This document shows positions 37,335 to 46,788 of a stretch of DNA of 64,000 nt, piece by piece. The position numbers and the translations under genes were made by a program. Positions within the stretch are counted from its first letter, which is position 1. Each line of letters begins with the position of its first letter. The DNA comes from Clostridia bacterium. Lineage in GTDB: Bacteria > Bacillota > Clostridia > Christensenellales > Aristaeellaceae. The notes beneath the pieces are model-generated. The model saw nothing but the letters and a program-made list of their open reading frames with translations, made no database searches and was not told the origin of the DNA. The DNA is taken from contig JAFWQU010000023.1 of the NCBI GenBank assembly GCA_017508975.1, positions 16,075 to 80,074 of the forward strand. The letters are read 5' to 3'.

Positions 37335-39104
37335 ATGAGACGTGAAATCCGGCTGGCCGCGCACTATGTAAAACGATACTGGTTCTTCTATCTGGCGGGC
37401 ATCGTCTCCCTGACGGCGGTGGACCTGCTGGTGGTGCAGATGCCGCTGATCACCGGCGAGATTGTGGACGGACTGGACAAACAGCTGCTGGCCGCGGAGG
37501 GCATCCGGCGGCTGCTTTTCCGCATGCTCTGGATGGGCGCGGCCATCGCGGTGGGACGCTTCGGCTGGCGCTTCTTTTTCTTCGGCTCCTCGCGCAGCAT
37601 CGAGCGGGACGTGCGCAACGACCTCTTCGGACATCTTGAGACGCTGTCCATGCGCTACTACAACGAGCACAAGACCGGTGACCTGATGGCGCACTTCACC
37701 TCCGACCTGGGGGCGGTCCGGCAGCTGCTCGGCATGACGATTATCACGACCTTCGACGCCTCGGTGGAACTGATCCTGGTGCTGTACCGGATGATCCGCT
37801 ATGTGGACGCCCGGCTGACCGTGGTGGCGGTGATTCCGCTGATTATCATCATCTTCGGCGACGTGGCGTTCGGCAAGGCCATGCACCGGCGCTTCCTGGC
37901 CAAGCAGGAGGCCTTCGCCTCCCTGACGGACCAGAGCCAGGAGGCGATCAGCGGCATCCGGGTGATCAAGGCCTTTGTCCAGGAGCGCAAGGAGCTCATG
38001 GCCTTCGCGAAGGCGGCGCGGAACTGCCGGGACAAGAACCTGGCGGTCTCGCGGCTGGTCTCGAACGTGTTCCCGGCACTGGACCTGATCATCGGCGTGT
38101 CGAGCCTGCTGACGCTGCTCTACGGCGGCTGGCTGGCCATCAACGGCGAGATCACCGTGGGACAGTTCGTGGCGTTCAACAGCTATATCGGCATGCTGGT
38201 CTGGCCGATGATCGCGGTGGGGGAGGCGGTATCCAACATCTCCCAGGGCCTGGCGTCCCTCAAGCGCATCGGCGTGATCCTCGACGAGAAGCCGGACATT
38301 GTCGATGAGGGCGATCCCGCGGTGAAGGAGCTCCGGGGCGGCATCACGCTGGAGGGCCTGAGCTTCTCCTATCCCGGCGCGGAGGACCATCCGGCGCTCA
38401 GGAACGTCAGCGTGACCGTCGCCCCCGGGGAGACCCTGGCGATCCTGGGCCGGACCGGCAGCGGCAAGACCACGCTGGTGAACCTGCTGGAGCGGCTGTG
38501 GGACACAGAGGATCCCGACATGATCCGCCTGGACGGGCGGCCGATCCGCGAGATCCCGCTGGAGGTCCTGCGGCGGGATATTGCCTATGTGCCGCAGGAT
38601 CACTTCCTCTTCTCGGACACCGTGGCGCGCAATATCGGCTTCGGGGTGGAGAATGCGGAACAGGCGGAGATCGAGCAGGCGGCCCGGGAGGCCTGCGTGC
38701 ACGACAATATCCTGGAGTTTCCCGAGGGTTATGAGACGGTGCTGGGCGAGCGCGGCGTGACGATCTCCGGCGGCCAGAAGCAGCGCACGGCCATCGCGCG
38801 GGCGCTGATGAAGCGCGCGCCGATCCTGATTCTGGACGACAGTCTCTCCGCCGTGGACACGGACACGGAGGAACAGATCCTGCGGAATCTGCGGCAGATC
38901 CGCGCGGGCATGACCACGCTGATCATCGCGCACCGGATCTCCACGATCCAGCACGCGGACCATATCCTCGTGCTTGAGGACGGGCAGAAGGCGGAGTACG
39001 GCACCCACGCGGAGCTCCTGGCGAAACAGGGCATCTACCGCGACATCTACGAGAAGCAGCAGCTGGAGCGCCAGCTGCAGGAGGAAGGCGGTGACGCGCT
39101 GTGA
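37335..39104 (+). CDS. ABC exporter, fused permease/ATPase (subunit 1 of a heterodimeric pair)
   Basis: ORF track 37329..39104. It has six TM helices and then an NBD with GRTGSGKTT, ISGGQKQR and ILILDDSLSAVD. Confidence 0.9.
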   Translation: MRREIRLAAHYVKRYWFFYLAGIVSLTAVDLLVVQMPLITGEIVDGLDKQLLAAEGIRRLLFRMLWMGAAIAVGRFGWRFFFFGSSRSIERDVRNDLFGHLETLSMRYYNEHKTGDLMAHFTSDLGAVRQLLGMTIITTFDASVELILVLYRMIRYVDARLTVVAVIPLIIIIFGDVAFGKAMHRRFLAKQEAFASLTDQSQEAISGIRVIKAFVQERKELMAFAKAARNCRDKNLAVSRLVSNVFPALDLIIGVSSLLTLLYGGWLAINGEITVGQFVAFNSYIGMLVWPMIAVGEAVSNISQGLASLKRIGVILDEKPDIVDEGDPAVKELRGGITLEGLSFSYPGAEDHPALRNVSVTVAPGETLAILGRTGSGKTTLVNLLERLWDTEDPDMIRLDGRPIREIPLEVLRRDIAYVPQDHFLFSDTVARNIGFGVENAEQAEIEQAAREACVHDNILEFPEGYETVLGERGVTISGGQKQRTAIARALMKRAPILILDDSLSAVDTDTEEQILRNLRQIRAGMTTLIIAHRISTIQHADHILVLEDGQKAEYGTHAELLAKQGIYRDIYEKQQLERQLQEEGGDAL

Positions 39105-40930
39105 AGAAGCAAAACGGGCGCGACCGTCTCTTCGGCGGACAGGAGGCGCGGGAGGCCGCGGCGGAGATCCACTATGAGGGCAGGGCGCTGCCGAGACTGA
39201 TGCGCTATATGAAGTCCCACTGGAAGACGCTGCTGCTCTGCTTCGGGCTGGTGCTGGCGGTGACGGGGCTGGACCTGAGCCGGCCGGTGCTGATCGGCAA
39301 CGCGATCGACCGCTATATCACCGGGGAGGGCGTCGCGGCGATTCCGCCGGAGGTGCGCTTTGCCGGCATCCTGAAGGCCGCCGCGCTCTATGTGGCGGTG
39401 CTGGTGGTGCTCTTCCTGTGCAACCGCGCGCAGTTCTGGCTGATGCAGCGCACGGGCCAGCGGATCATCTGCCAGATCCGCGAGGAGATTTTCGCCCACG
39501 TGGAGTCGCTGACGATGCGTTTCTTCGACATCACGCCGGTGGGCAAGATCGTGACGCGGCTGACCAACGATGTGGACGCCATCAACGACGTCTTCGCCAA
39601 CAGCCTCGTGCAGCTGTTCAAGAACAGCGTGAAGATGGTGGGCCTGGTGGTGATCATGAGCCTGCTGAACCTGCGGCTGACGGGCTACGCGCTGGTGCTG
39701 GTGCCGCTGGTGGCGGTGCTGACCGTGCTCTTCCGAAAGCTCAGCCGGCAGGCCTTCCAGATCACGCGCTCACGGCTCTCCGACCTGAATACCTATCTCT
39801 CCGAGCACCTCTCCGGCATGCGGGTGATCCAGCTGTTCAACCGGGAGCGGCAGAAGTACGAGGAGTTTGAGGGCAAGAACGGCGGGCTCTACCGGGCGGG
39901 CTTCCGGGAGCTGATGATCAACGCGACCTTCCGGCCGATCCTGTATTTCATCTCCGTGGTCGCGCTGATCCTGCTGATGGACCAGGGCGGCGGCGAGGTG
40001 CTGCGGGGCAGCCTGAGCATCGGCACGCTGTACATCTTCATCAACTATATGGACAACCTCTTCCAGCCGATTCAGGAGCTGGCGGAGCAGTTCGCGAACC
40101 TTCAAAATGCGATCGCCTCGGCGGAGAAAATCTTCACGCTGCTGGACACGAAGCCCCTGCTGACCGACCCGGAGGAGCCGGCGCACGTGCGGCCGATCCG
40201 CGGGCGCATCGAGTTCGACCACGTCTGGTTCGCCTACCAGGGCGAGGAGTGGGTGCTGCGGGACGTGTCCTTCGTGATCGAGCCGGGACAGCGCATCGCC
40301 TTCGTAGGCGCGACCGGCGCGGGCAAGAGCTCGATCCTGAACCTGATCGGCCGGTACTACGACGTGCAGAAGGGCACTATCCGCGTGGACGGGGTGGATA
40401 TCCGGCAGATGAGCCGGGAGGAGCTGCGTTCCGCCATCGGGCAGGTACAGCAGGACGTCTTTATCTTTACGGGCGACATCCAGTCCAATATCCGCCTGCG
40501 GGACGAGCAGATCACGGACGAGATGGTCCGCGAGGCGGCGCGGGAGGTCAACGCCGCCCGGTTCATCGACCGGCTGCCCGGCGGCTACGCGCACCCGGTG
40601 ACGGAGCGGGGCAGCACCCTCTCCGCCGGCCAGCGGCAGCTGCTCTCCTTCGCCCGGACGCTGGCGCGGGATCCGGCGATCCTCGTGCTGGACGAGGCCA
40701 CCTCCAACATCGACACGGAGACCGAGCAGTGGATCCAGGAGGCGGTGGAGCATCTGATGCGCGGCCGGACCACGATCATGGTGGCGCACCGCCTGTCCAC
40801 GATCCAGCACGCGGACCTCATCATGGTCATGCACCACGGAAAGATCTGCGAGAGCGGCACCCATCAGGAGCTGCTGGAGCAGGACGGCATCTACAAAAAA
40901 CTCTACCAGCTGCAGCTGGCAGAGCATTGA
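39101..40930 (+). CDS. ABC exporter, fused permease/ATPase (subunit 2)
   Basis: ORF 609 aa. The GTG start overlaps the upstream stop (GTGA). NBD motifs are GATGAGKSS, LSAGQRQL and ILVLDEATSNID. Confidence 0.9.
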   Translation: MKKQNGRDRLFGGQEAREAAAEIHYEGRALPRLMRYMKSHWKTLLLCFGLVLAVTGLDLSRPVLIGNAIDRYITGEGVAAIPPEVRFAGILKAAALYVAVLVVLFLCNRAQFWLMQRTGQRIICQIREEIFAHVESLTMRFFDITPVGKIVTRLTNDVDAINDVFANSLVQLFKNSVKMVGLVVIMSLLNLRLTGYALVLVPLVAVLTVLFRKLSRQAFQITRSRLSDLNTYLSEHLSGMRVIQLFNRERQKYEEFEGKNGGLYRAGFRELMINATFRPILYFISVVALILLMDQGGGEVLRGSLSIGTLYIFINYMDNLFQPIQELAEQFANLQNAIASAEKIFTLLDTKPLLTDPEEPAHVRPIRGRIEFDHVWFAYQGEEWVLRDVSFVIEPGQRIAFVGATGAGKSSILNLIGRYYDVQKGTIRVDGVDIRQMSREELRSAIGQVQQDVFIFTGDIQSNIRLRDEQITDEMVREAAREVNAARFIDRLPGGYAHPVTERGSTLSAGQRQLLSFARTLARDPAILVLDEATSNIDTETEQWIQEAVEHLMRGRTTIMVAHRLSTIQHADLIMVMHHGKICESGTHQELLEQDGIYKKLYQLQLAEH

Positions 40931-40932
40931 TT

Positions 40933-41046
40933 CATACTAATCTCATTTTGAATGCTTATTGTCAACAGTGAGATTTCGCGGCCTGCGGGCCGCGACCAGG
41001 GCTTTCCGATCGCCCTGGACCTTCGGGTGCACCTTTTTGGAGAGAA
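40933..41046 (+). repeat. RPT-A copy 10 (core 40970-41026)
   Basis: Canonical core with a TTTGAATGCTTATTGTCAACAG arm and a 3' GTGCACCTTTTTGGAGAG extension. It begins 3 nt after the ABC exporter stop. Confidence 0.95.
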
Positions 41047-41077
41047 TCATGTTTCAGATGAAAAACCAATCCAAAAG

Positions 41078-41105
41078 GCAGCGGGTCATGAGCCCGCTGC
41101 TTTTC
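41078..41105 (+). terminator. Rho-independent terminator between the inverted RPT-A pair
   Basis: GCAGCGGG-tcatgag-CCCGCTGC followed by TTTTC, with an A-run upstream, so it is possibly bidirectional. Confidence 0.7.
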
Positions 41106-41145
41106 TGCCTATGCGATTCCCAAACGGACATACATCAATAGGGGG

Positions 41146-41210
41146 AATGCCCGAAGAGTCCAGAGGCGATCGGAAAGCCTCTGGTCGCGCCCGCAGGCGC
41201 GAAATTCTCC
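41146..41210 (-). repeat. RPT-A copy 11, reverse orientation, long-stem hairpin 2 variant
   Basis: Nearly identical to copy 9. It ends 11 nt before the GH13 stop codon. Confidence 0.95.
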
Positions 41211-41220
41211 TGTGGACGGT

Positions 41221-42762
41221 TCAGCCTTCAAGAACCATGCAGACCGTCTGTCCCTGTACGCAGAGCCCCTTGTCCGTGAGGGAGGCGCTTTCGCCGACGG
41301 CGGAGAGAATCTGGCCTTTGACCTGCCAGACACAGGGAGCGGCGGCGGGATTCACGACGACCGTGATCCGCTCGGAACCGGCGCTGCGGCGGTAGACCAG
41401 GGGATAGCCCTCGTCGGCGAGCAGCTCGAAATCACCGGTGTTGTCCAGCGCGGGGTGCGCGCGGCGCAGGGCGGTCAGCGCCTGTACGGTGCGCCAGAGA
41501 CTGTCCGGGTCGGCCTGCTGGTCGGCGACGTTCGGCCGCTCCGGGTCGGCGTCCTGGGCGATGTAGAGCCGTTCGGCGGGCGCGGCGCTGAAGCCGGCGT
41601 TGGCCGTGCGGTCCCACTGCATCGGGGAGCGGGAGCCGGTGCGCTCGTAGCCGCCCTCCACGGAGTGGATGCCCTCGAGATAGCGCATGCCGATCTCGTC
41701 GCCGTAGTAGATGAACGGCACGCCTGGCATCGTCAGCAGGAAGGCGAAGACAAGGCGGATCTCCTCCGGCGTCAGATATTTCGCCAGGCGCGCCATGTCG
41801 TGGTTGCCGGAGGGGAAGGCGATCAGCCCGTTGGGGCCTGCCTTCTTCCGACAGGCGAGGTAGTGCGCCATGAAGGCGGCGGCGCTGCCCTTCCCCCGGG
41901 CGGAGAAATAGGGCTCCTCGCACCGGAAGAGGTCGTTGTAGTGGCTCGGACCGAAGTGCAGCAGGAAGTCCATGTGGAAGCCGCCCTCCAGGGACTTCTC
42001 CGGATCGCCCCACTCGGAGACCATCGCGGCGCCGGGGTGCGTCTTGTCCAGCCAGGCGCGGATGCCCTGCCACAGGCGGATCGTGCCCTTCTTCTCCGGG
42101 TCGTTCTTGACCATGGCGTGGGCCATGTCCACCCGGAAGCCGTCGCAGCCCAGGCTCAGCCAGAAGTCCATGATCCGCTTCATCTCGGCGATGTTCGCCT
42201 GCGGGCCGGGCGCGTCTGGGGACTGCTGCCAGGGGCGGTCGATCTCCTCGAAGCCGTAGTTCAGCGCGGGCTGGTGGCTGAAGAAGTTCACCAGACAGCT
42301 GCCGTTCCGCTCCGAGATGCCGTGCAGGAAGCTGGCGCCCTCCATGCGCTCCCAGACGTTGTCGGTCCAGACATAGCGGTCGGTCCAGGCGTTGCGGTCC
42401 CCCTTGCAGGATTCGGCGAATCCGGGGTGGTCGATGGCGGTGTGCCCCGGAACCAGATCGAGAAAGACATGCATGCCCCGGCGGTGCGCCTCGGCGAAGA
42501 GCTCCTTCAGGTCCTCGTTGGTGCCGTAGCGGGGCGCGGCGGTGTAGAAGTCCAGCACGTCGTAGCCCGCGTCGCGGAAGGGCGAGGCAAAGCAGGGATT
42601 CAGCCACAGCGCGTTGCAGCCCAGTTCCTGGATCACCGGAAGCTTCCGCAGAATGCCCCGGAAGTCCCCGATGCCGTCCGCGTTGGTGTCGCAGAAGGAC
42701 TGCGGATAGATTTCATAAAAGATGGCGTGGTCCAGCCAGGCCGGATGCGATGCGAATTCCAT
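41221..42762 (-). CDS. GH13 alpha-amylase family enzyme (alpha-glucosidase / oligo-1,6-glucosidase-like)
   Basis: This lies within ORF 41221..42990. I set the start at MEFASHPAWLDHAIFYEIYPQSF (42762) after an AGGAGG RBS. GH13 regions present are DGIGDF, GMHVFLDLVPGH, GFRVDMAH and SEWGD. Confidence 0.85.
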   Translation of the reverse strand: MEFASHPAWLDHAIFYEIYPQSFCDTNADGIGDFRGILRKLPVIQELGCNALWLNPCFASPFRDAGYDVLDFYTAAPRYGTNEDLKELFAEAHRRGMHVFLDLVPGHTAIDHPGFAESCKGDRNAWTDRYVWTDNVWERMEGASFLHGISERNGSCLVNFFSHQPALNYGFEEIDRPWQQSPDAPGPQANIAEMKRIMDFWLSLGCDGFRVDMAHAMVKNDPEKKGTIRLWQGIRAWLDKTHPGAAMVSEWGDPEKSLEGGFHMDFLLHFGPSHYNDLFRCEEPYFSARGKGSAAAFMAHYLACRKKAGPNGLIAFPSGNHDMARLAKYLTPEEIRLVFAFLLTMPGVPFIYYGDEIGMRYLEGIHSVEGGYERTGSRSPMQWDRTANAGFSAAPAERLYIAQDADPERPNVADQQADPDSLWRTVQALTALRRAHPALDNTGDFELLADEGYPLVYRRSAGSERITVVVNPAAAPCVWQVKGQILSAVGESASLTDKGLCVQGQTVCMVLEG

Positions 42763-42886
42763 CAGAATGCCTCCTTGCGGGTGGGATGCGCCTATCATAC
42801 ACCTATGCAGACTTATGCGCAAGGACCTCTTTCCTCCACACGGAGATGTCGGATCTGGCACGAACCGCACCGAAAGCGTCATAGAC

Positions 42887-42924
42887 TGCATAATATACTG
42901 CATAAATGAATGCAAATATGCATA
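42887..42924. promoter_or_regulatory. Candidate tandem ARG boxes (ArgR/AhrC operator)
   Basis: The AT-rich TGCATAATATACTGCATA and AATGAATGCAAATATGCATA lie just upstream of the argG promoter. A further ATGCAGAATGCGTGTAT overlaps the promoter spacer. Confidence 0.4.
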
Positions 42925-42949
42925 TATATAAAAAATCTCCGGAAAGTAC

Positions 42950-42978
42950 TTGACAATCATGCAGAATGCGTGTATATT
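42950..42978 (+). promoter_or_regulatory. Promoter for argG (TTGACA-17 nt-TATATT)
   Basis: TTGACA at 42950-42955 and TATATT at 42973-42978. Confidence 0.65.
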
Positions 42979-43013
42979 TTCAGCGTACAAACGGAACAGG
43001 GAGGAACTTACCG

Positions 43014-44240
43014 ATGAAGGCAGCGAAAGAGATCAAGAAAATTGTCCTGGCCTACTCCGGCGGGCTGGATACCTCGATCATTATCCCCTGGCTGAAAGAG
43101 AACTACGAGGGCTGCGAGGTCATCGCGGTCTCCGGCAACGTGGGTCAGGCGGACGAGCTGGAGGGCCTGGAGGAGAAAGCGCTGGCGACCGGCGCCTCCA
43201 AGCTGTATGTGCTGGACCTGACGGACGACTATGTGGAGAATTACATCATCCCCACCATGCAGGCCGGCGCCGTCTATGAGGACTATCTGCTGGGCACCAG
43301 CCACGCGCGGCCCTGCATCGCCAAGGGACTGGTGGAGATCGCCCTGAAGGAGGGCGCCGACGCCATCTGTCACGGCTGCACCGGCAAGGGCAACGACCAG
43401 GTCCGCTTCGAGCTGGCCATCAAGCACTTCGCGCCGCAGATGACGATCATTGCCCCCTGGCGGATCTGGGACATCAAGAGCCGCGAGGAGGAGATCGAGT
43501 ACGCCGAGGCGCACCACGTCCCGCTGAAGATCAACCGCGAGACCAACTACTCCAAGGACAAGAACCTCTGGCACCTGAGCCACGAGGGCCTGGACCTGGA
43601 GGACACCGGCAACGAGCCGCAGTACGAGAAGCCCGGCTTCCTGGAGATGGGCATCTCCCCGCTGCAGGCCCCCGACGAGCCCACCTACGTGGAGATCGAG
43701 TTTGAGCAGGGCGTCCCGGTGTCGGTGGACGGCGTGCGCATGAGCCCGAAGGAAGTCATCCTGAAGCTCAACGAACTCGGCGGCGCGAACGGCATCGGCA
43801 TTATCGACATCGTGGAGAACCGGCTGGTGGGCATGAAGTGCCGCGGCGTCTATGAGACCCCCGGCGGCACCATCCTCTACAAGGCCCACGAGGCGCTCGA
43901 GTCCATCTGCCTGGACAAGATGACCCTGCATGAGAAGCAGCGGCTGTCCATCACCTTCGCCGAGCTGGTCTACAACGGCCAGTGGTTCACCCCCCTGCGG
44001 GAGGCGCTCTCCGCCTTCGTCACCAAGACCCAGGAGAAGGTGACCGGCAAGGTGCGGCTGAAGCTCTACAAGGGCAACATCATCAAGGCCGGCACCTGGA
44101 GCCCCAACAGCCTCTACTCCGAGGCGATCGCGACCTTCGGCGCCAGCGACTACGACCAGACCGACGCCAACGGCTTCATCAACCTCTTCGGCCTGCCGAT
44201 CAAGGTGCAGGCGATGGTGGACGCCGCGAACAACAAGTGA
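43014..44240 (+). CDS. argG: Argininosuccinate synthase
   Basis: ORF track 42966..44240. I set the start at [21 protein letters not shown] (43014) after a GGGAGGAA RBS. The [12 protein letters not shown] motif is present. Confidence 0.95.
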   Translation: MKAAKEIKKIVLAYSGGLDTSIIIPWLKENYEGCEVIAVSGNVGQADELEGLEEKALATGASKLYVLDLTDDYVENYIIPTMQAGAVYEDYLLGTSHARPCIAKGLVEIALKEGADAICHGCTGKGNDQVRFELAIKHFAPQMTIIAPWRIWDIKSREEEIEYAEAHHVPLKINRETNYSKDKNLWHLSHEGLDLEDTGNEPQYEKPGFLEMGISPLQAPDEPTYVEIEFEQGVPVSVDGVRMSPKEVILKLNELGGANGIGIIDIVENRLVGMKCRGVYETPGGTILYKAHEALESICLDKMTLHEKQRLSITFAELVYNGQWFTPLREALSAFVTKTQEKVTGKVRLKLYKGNIIKAGTWSPNSLYSEAIATFGASDYDQTDANGFINLFGLPIKVQAMVDAANNK

Positions 44241-44298
44241 ATCCGCGGCCCAGCGCCGCCGGAAGGATAGACAGAATCAGAATTAAGGAGGAATCCCC

Positions 44299-45054
44299 AT
44301 GAAGAAACTGTTTGCTCTGCTGCTCTGCGCCGCGATGCTGTGCGCTTCCCTCTCCGCGCTGGCGGAGGCTCCCGCCTATGCGACCGTCGAGGCCGGCAAG
44401 CTGACCATCTCCACCAGCCCCGATTTCCCGCCCTTCGAGTACACTGACGACGCGGACAACATCATCGGCATCGAGCCCGACCTGATCGCGCTGATCGGCG
44501 AAAAGATCGGCCTGGAGCCCAACTGGATCGCGATGGACTTTGACGCCGCGCTGGTCGCTCCGCAGACCGGCAAGACCGACATCGTCGTCTCCGGCGTGAC
44601 CGTGCGCGAGGACCGCAAGGCCATGTTCGACTTCACCCACACCTACGTGAGCATCCACCAGGCGATCCTGGTGAAGGAGGGCTCCGAGATCAACCAGGAG
44701 AACCTCGGCGAGTATCTGATCGGCGTCCAGTCCGGCACCACGGGCCACATCTACGCCGAGGAAGACTACGGCACGGACCACGTTGCCGCCTATGACAAGT
44801 ACGGCATGGCGGTGGCGGCCCTGACCAACGGCCAGGTGGACTGCATCCTGATGGACGACATGGTGGCGCAGGCCTACGCCAAGCGGGTGCCCGGCCTGGT
44901 GGTGCTCCCGACCAGCTACGAGCAGGAGGACTTCGCCTTCGGTCTGGCCAAGGGCCACGAGGAGCTGCTCAACGCCATCAACGCCGCGCTGGACGAGCTG
45001 ATCGCCGACGGCACGGTGGAGGAGATCATCGTCAAGTATCAGACCGCTGAGTAA
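44299..45054 (+). CDS. Amino acid ABC transporter substrate-binding protein
   Basis: ORF 251 aa with a signal peptide and a PBP type 2 (family 3) pattern (FPPFEY..., DIVVSGVTV..R). Confidence 0.85.
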   Translation: MKKLFALLLCAAMLCASLSALAEAPAYATVEAGKLTISTSPDFPPFEYTDDADNIIGIEPDLIALIGEKIGLEPNWIAMDFDAALVAPQTGKTDIVVSGVTVREDRKAMFDFTHTYVSIHQAILVKEGSEINQENLGEYLIGVQSGTTGHIYAEEDYGTDHVAAYDKYGMAVAALTNGQVDCILMDDMVAQAYAKRVPGLVVLPTSYEQEDFAFGLAKGHEELLNAINAALDELIADGTVEEIIVKYQTAE

Positions 45055-45165
45055 TCTTCCCATCGCACTCCGCGAAGGAGCGGCTCCGGGCCGCTCCTTT
45101 CTGGTTCAGTCGGAGGACATGGCCCGTGAGGACGGCGGAACAGATTTTGGAAAGGTGCTGACCCC

Positions 45166-45927
45166 ATGGAACAGTATCAGGCTTGGAAAGCCCTGGTTGT
45201 GTCCGGCAAGGCCGACCTGTGGCAGCAGTTTTATGTCAAGTTTTATCAGGCATTTGTGGAGGGAGACCGCTGGAGGCAGTATCTGCAGGGCGTCGGTACC
45301 ACGCTTCTGGTCACCGCGATGGCGCTGCTGCTGGGCGTCCTGCTGGGCCTGATCGTGTCCATCGTGCGCACCGCGTACGACCAGCAGCGTCCCGGCCACC
45401 GCAACCCGCTGCTGGCGGTGCTCAACGGCTTTTTCAAGGTTTACGTGACCGTCATCCGCGGCACCCCGATGATGGTGCAGCTGATGATCATGGGTCTGGT
45501 GATCTTTGCCTCCAGCCGCAATTTCGCGCTGGTGGGCGCGCTGGCGCTGGGCATCAACTCGGGCGCCTACACTTCGGAGATCATCCGCGGCGGCCTGATG
45601 TCCGTGGACATCGGACAGATGGAGGCAGGACGCAGCCTGGGCATGAACTACGCGGACACCATGCGCTTTATCATCGTTCCCCAGGCGGTGAAGGCAATCC
45701 TGCCCGCCCTGGGCAACGAGTTTATCGTGCTGCTCAAGGACACCTCGCTGATCAGCGTCATCGCCGGCAAGGAGCTGATGTACGCGGCGAAGACCATCAG
45801 CAGCCGGACCTACGAGTATCTGTTCCCTTACATCGGCGTGGCGCTCATCTACCTGCTCCTCGTCATGCTGTTCACCTGGGTGCTGGGCATCTTCGAGAGG
45901 AGGCTGCGGGCAAGTGATCGTCGTTAA
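45166..45927 (+). CDS. Amino acid ABC transporter permease (HisM/GlnP family)
   Basis: ORF 253 aa, hydrophobic, with an EAA loop ([24 protein letters not shown]). Confidence 0.85.
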   Translation: MEQYQAWKALVVSGKADLWQQFYVKFYQAFVEGDRWRQYLQGVGTTLLVTAMALLLGVLLGLIVSIVRTAYDQQRPGHRNPLLAVLNGFFKVYVTVIRGTPMMVQLMIMGLVIFASSRNFALVGALALGINSGAYTSEIIRGGLMSVDIGQMEAGRSLGMNYADTMRFIIVPQAVKAILPALGNEFIVLLKDTSLISVIAGKELMYAAKTISSRTYEYLFPYIGVALIYLLLVMLFTWVLGIFERRLRASDRR

Positions 45928-46636
45928 CAAGCTGTGCAAGTCCTTCGGCAAGCTGGAGGTGCTCCACAACGTCTCCGAGCACATTGAAAAGGGCGAGTGC
46001 GTGGTGCTCATAGGCCCCTCCGGCTCGGGAAAATCCACGTTCCTCCGGTGCCTGAACCTCCTGGAGGAGCCCACCTCCGGCGAGATCCTCTTTGACGGGG
46101 TTTCGATGACAAGCCCGAGTACGGACATCAACAGGATGCGCCAGAAGATGGGCATGGTGTTCCAGCACTTCAACCTCTTCCCGAATATGACGATCCTGAG
46201 GAACATCACCCTGGCGCCCACCCGCACGGGCATCATGGTCCGGGAGCAGGCGGAAGCGCGCGCGATGGAGCTCCTGCAGCGCGTGGGCCTGGCGGACAAG
46301 GCAAGCGCCTATCCGGCGCAGCTCTCCGGCGGCCAGAAGCAGCGCGTGGCGATCGTCCGGGCGCTGTGCATGCAGCCCGAGGTCATGCTCTTCGACGAGC
46401 CGACCTCCGCCCTGGACCCGGAGATGGTGGGCGAGGTGCTGGACGTGATGAAGAGCCTCGCCATGGCCGGCATGACCATGGTGGTGGTCACCCACGAGAT
46501 GGGCTTTGCCCGCGAGGTGGCCAACCGCGTGCTGTTCCTGGACGGCGGCGAGATCGTCGAGCAGGGCGACCCGCACAATATCTTCTACAACCCGCAGAGC
46601 GAGCGGCTGAAATCCTTCCTGGCGAAGGTACTGTGA
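45914..46636 (+). CDS. Amino acid ABC transporter ATP-binding protein (GlnQ-like)
   Basis: ORF 240 aa with [20 protein letters not shown] and [11 protein letters not shown]. It overlaps the permease gene by 14 nt. Confidence 0.9.
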   Translation: MIVVNKLCKSFGKLEVLHNVSEHIEKGECVVLIGPSGSGKSTFLRCLNLLEEPTSGEILFDGVSMTSPSTDINRMRQKMGMVFQHFNLFPNMTILRNITLAPTRTGIMVREQAEARAMELLQRVGLADKASAYPAQLSGGQKQRVAIVRALCMQPEVMLFDEPTSALDPEMVGEVLDVMKSLAMAGMTMVVVTHEMGFAREVANRVLFLDGGEIVEQGDPHNIFYNPQSERLKSFLAKVL

Positions 46637-46673
46637 AAACAAGTCTTCGGATACAAACACAAATCAGGAAACG

Positions 46674-46776
46674 GCATGTATCCGAAGGTCCAGGGCGATC
46701 GGAAAGCCCTGGTCGCGGCCCGCAGGCTGCGAAATCTCTCTGCTGACATTTCGTACACGATATTGTGATCGGTATG
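46674..46776 (-). repeat. RPT-A copy 12 (core 46682-46738), reverse orientation
   Basis: It fills the glnQ-like/argF intercistronic gap. Hairpin 1 has one G-T pair on the plus strand (GGCTGCG). Confidence 0.95.
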
Positions 46777-46788
46777 AGGAGGAGGACC

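Noticed and set aside
41049-41141. 30-aa ORF (MFQMKNQSKRQRVMSPLLFCLCDSQTDIHQ) with a GGAGAG RBS between the inverted RPT-A copies.
   Set aside because: Its coding region contains the intrinsic terminator hairpin (41078-41105). The RBS belongs to the repeat's conserved TTTTGGAGAG extension. There is no support for expression.
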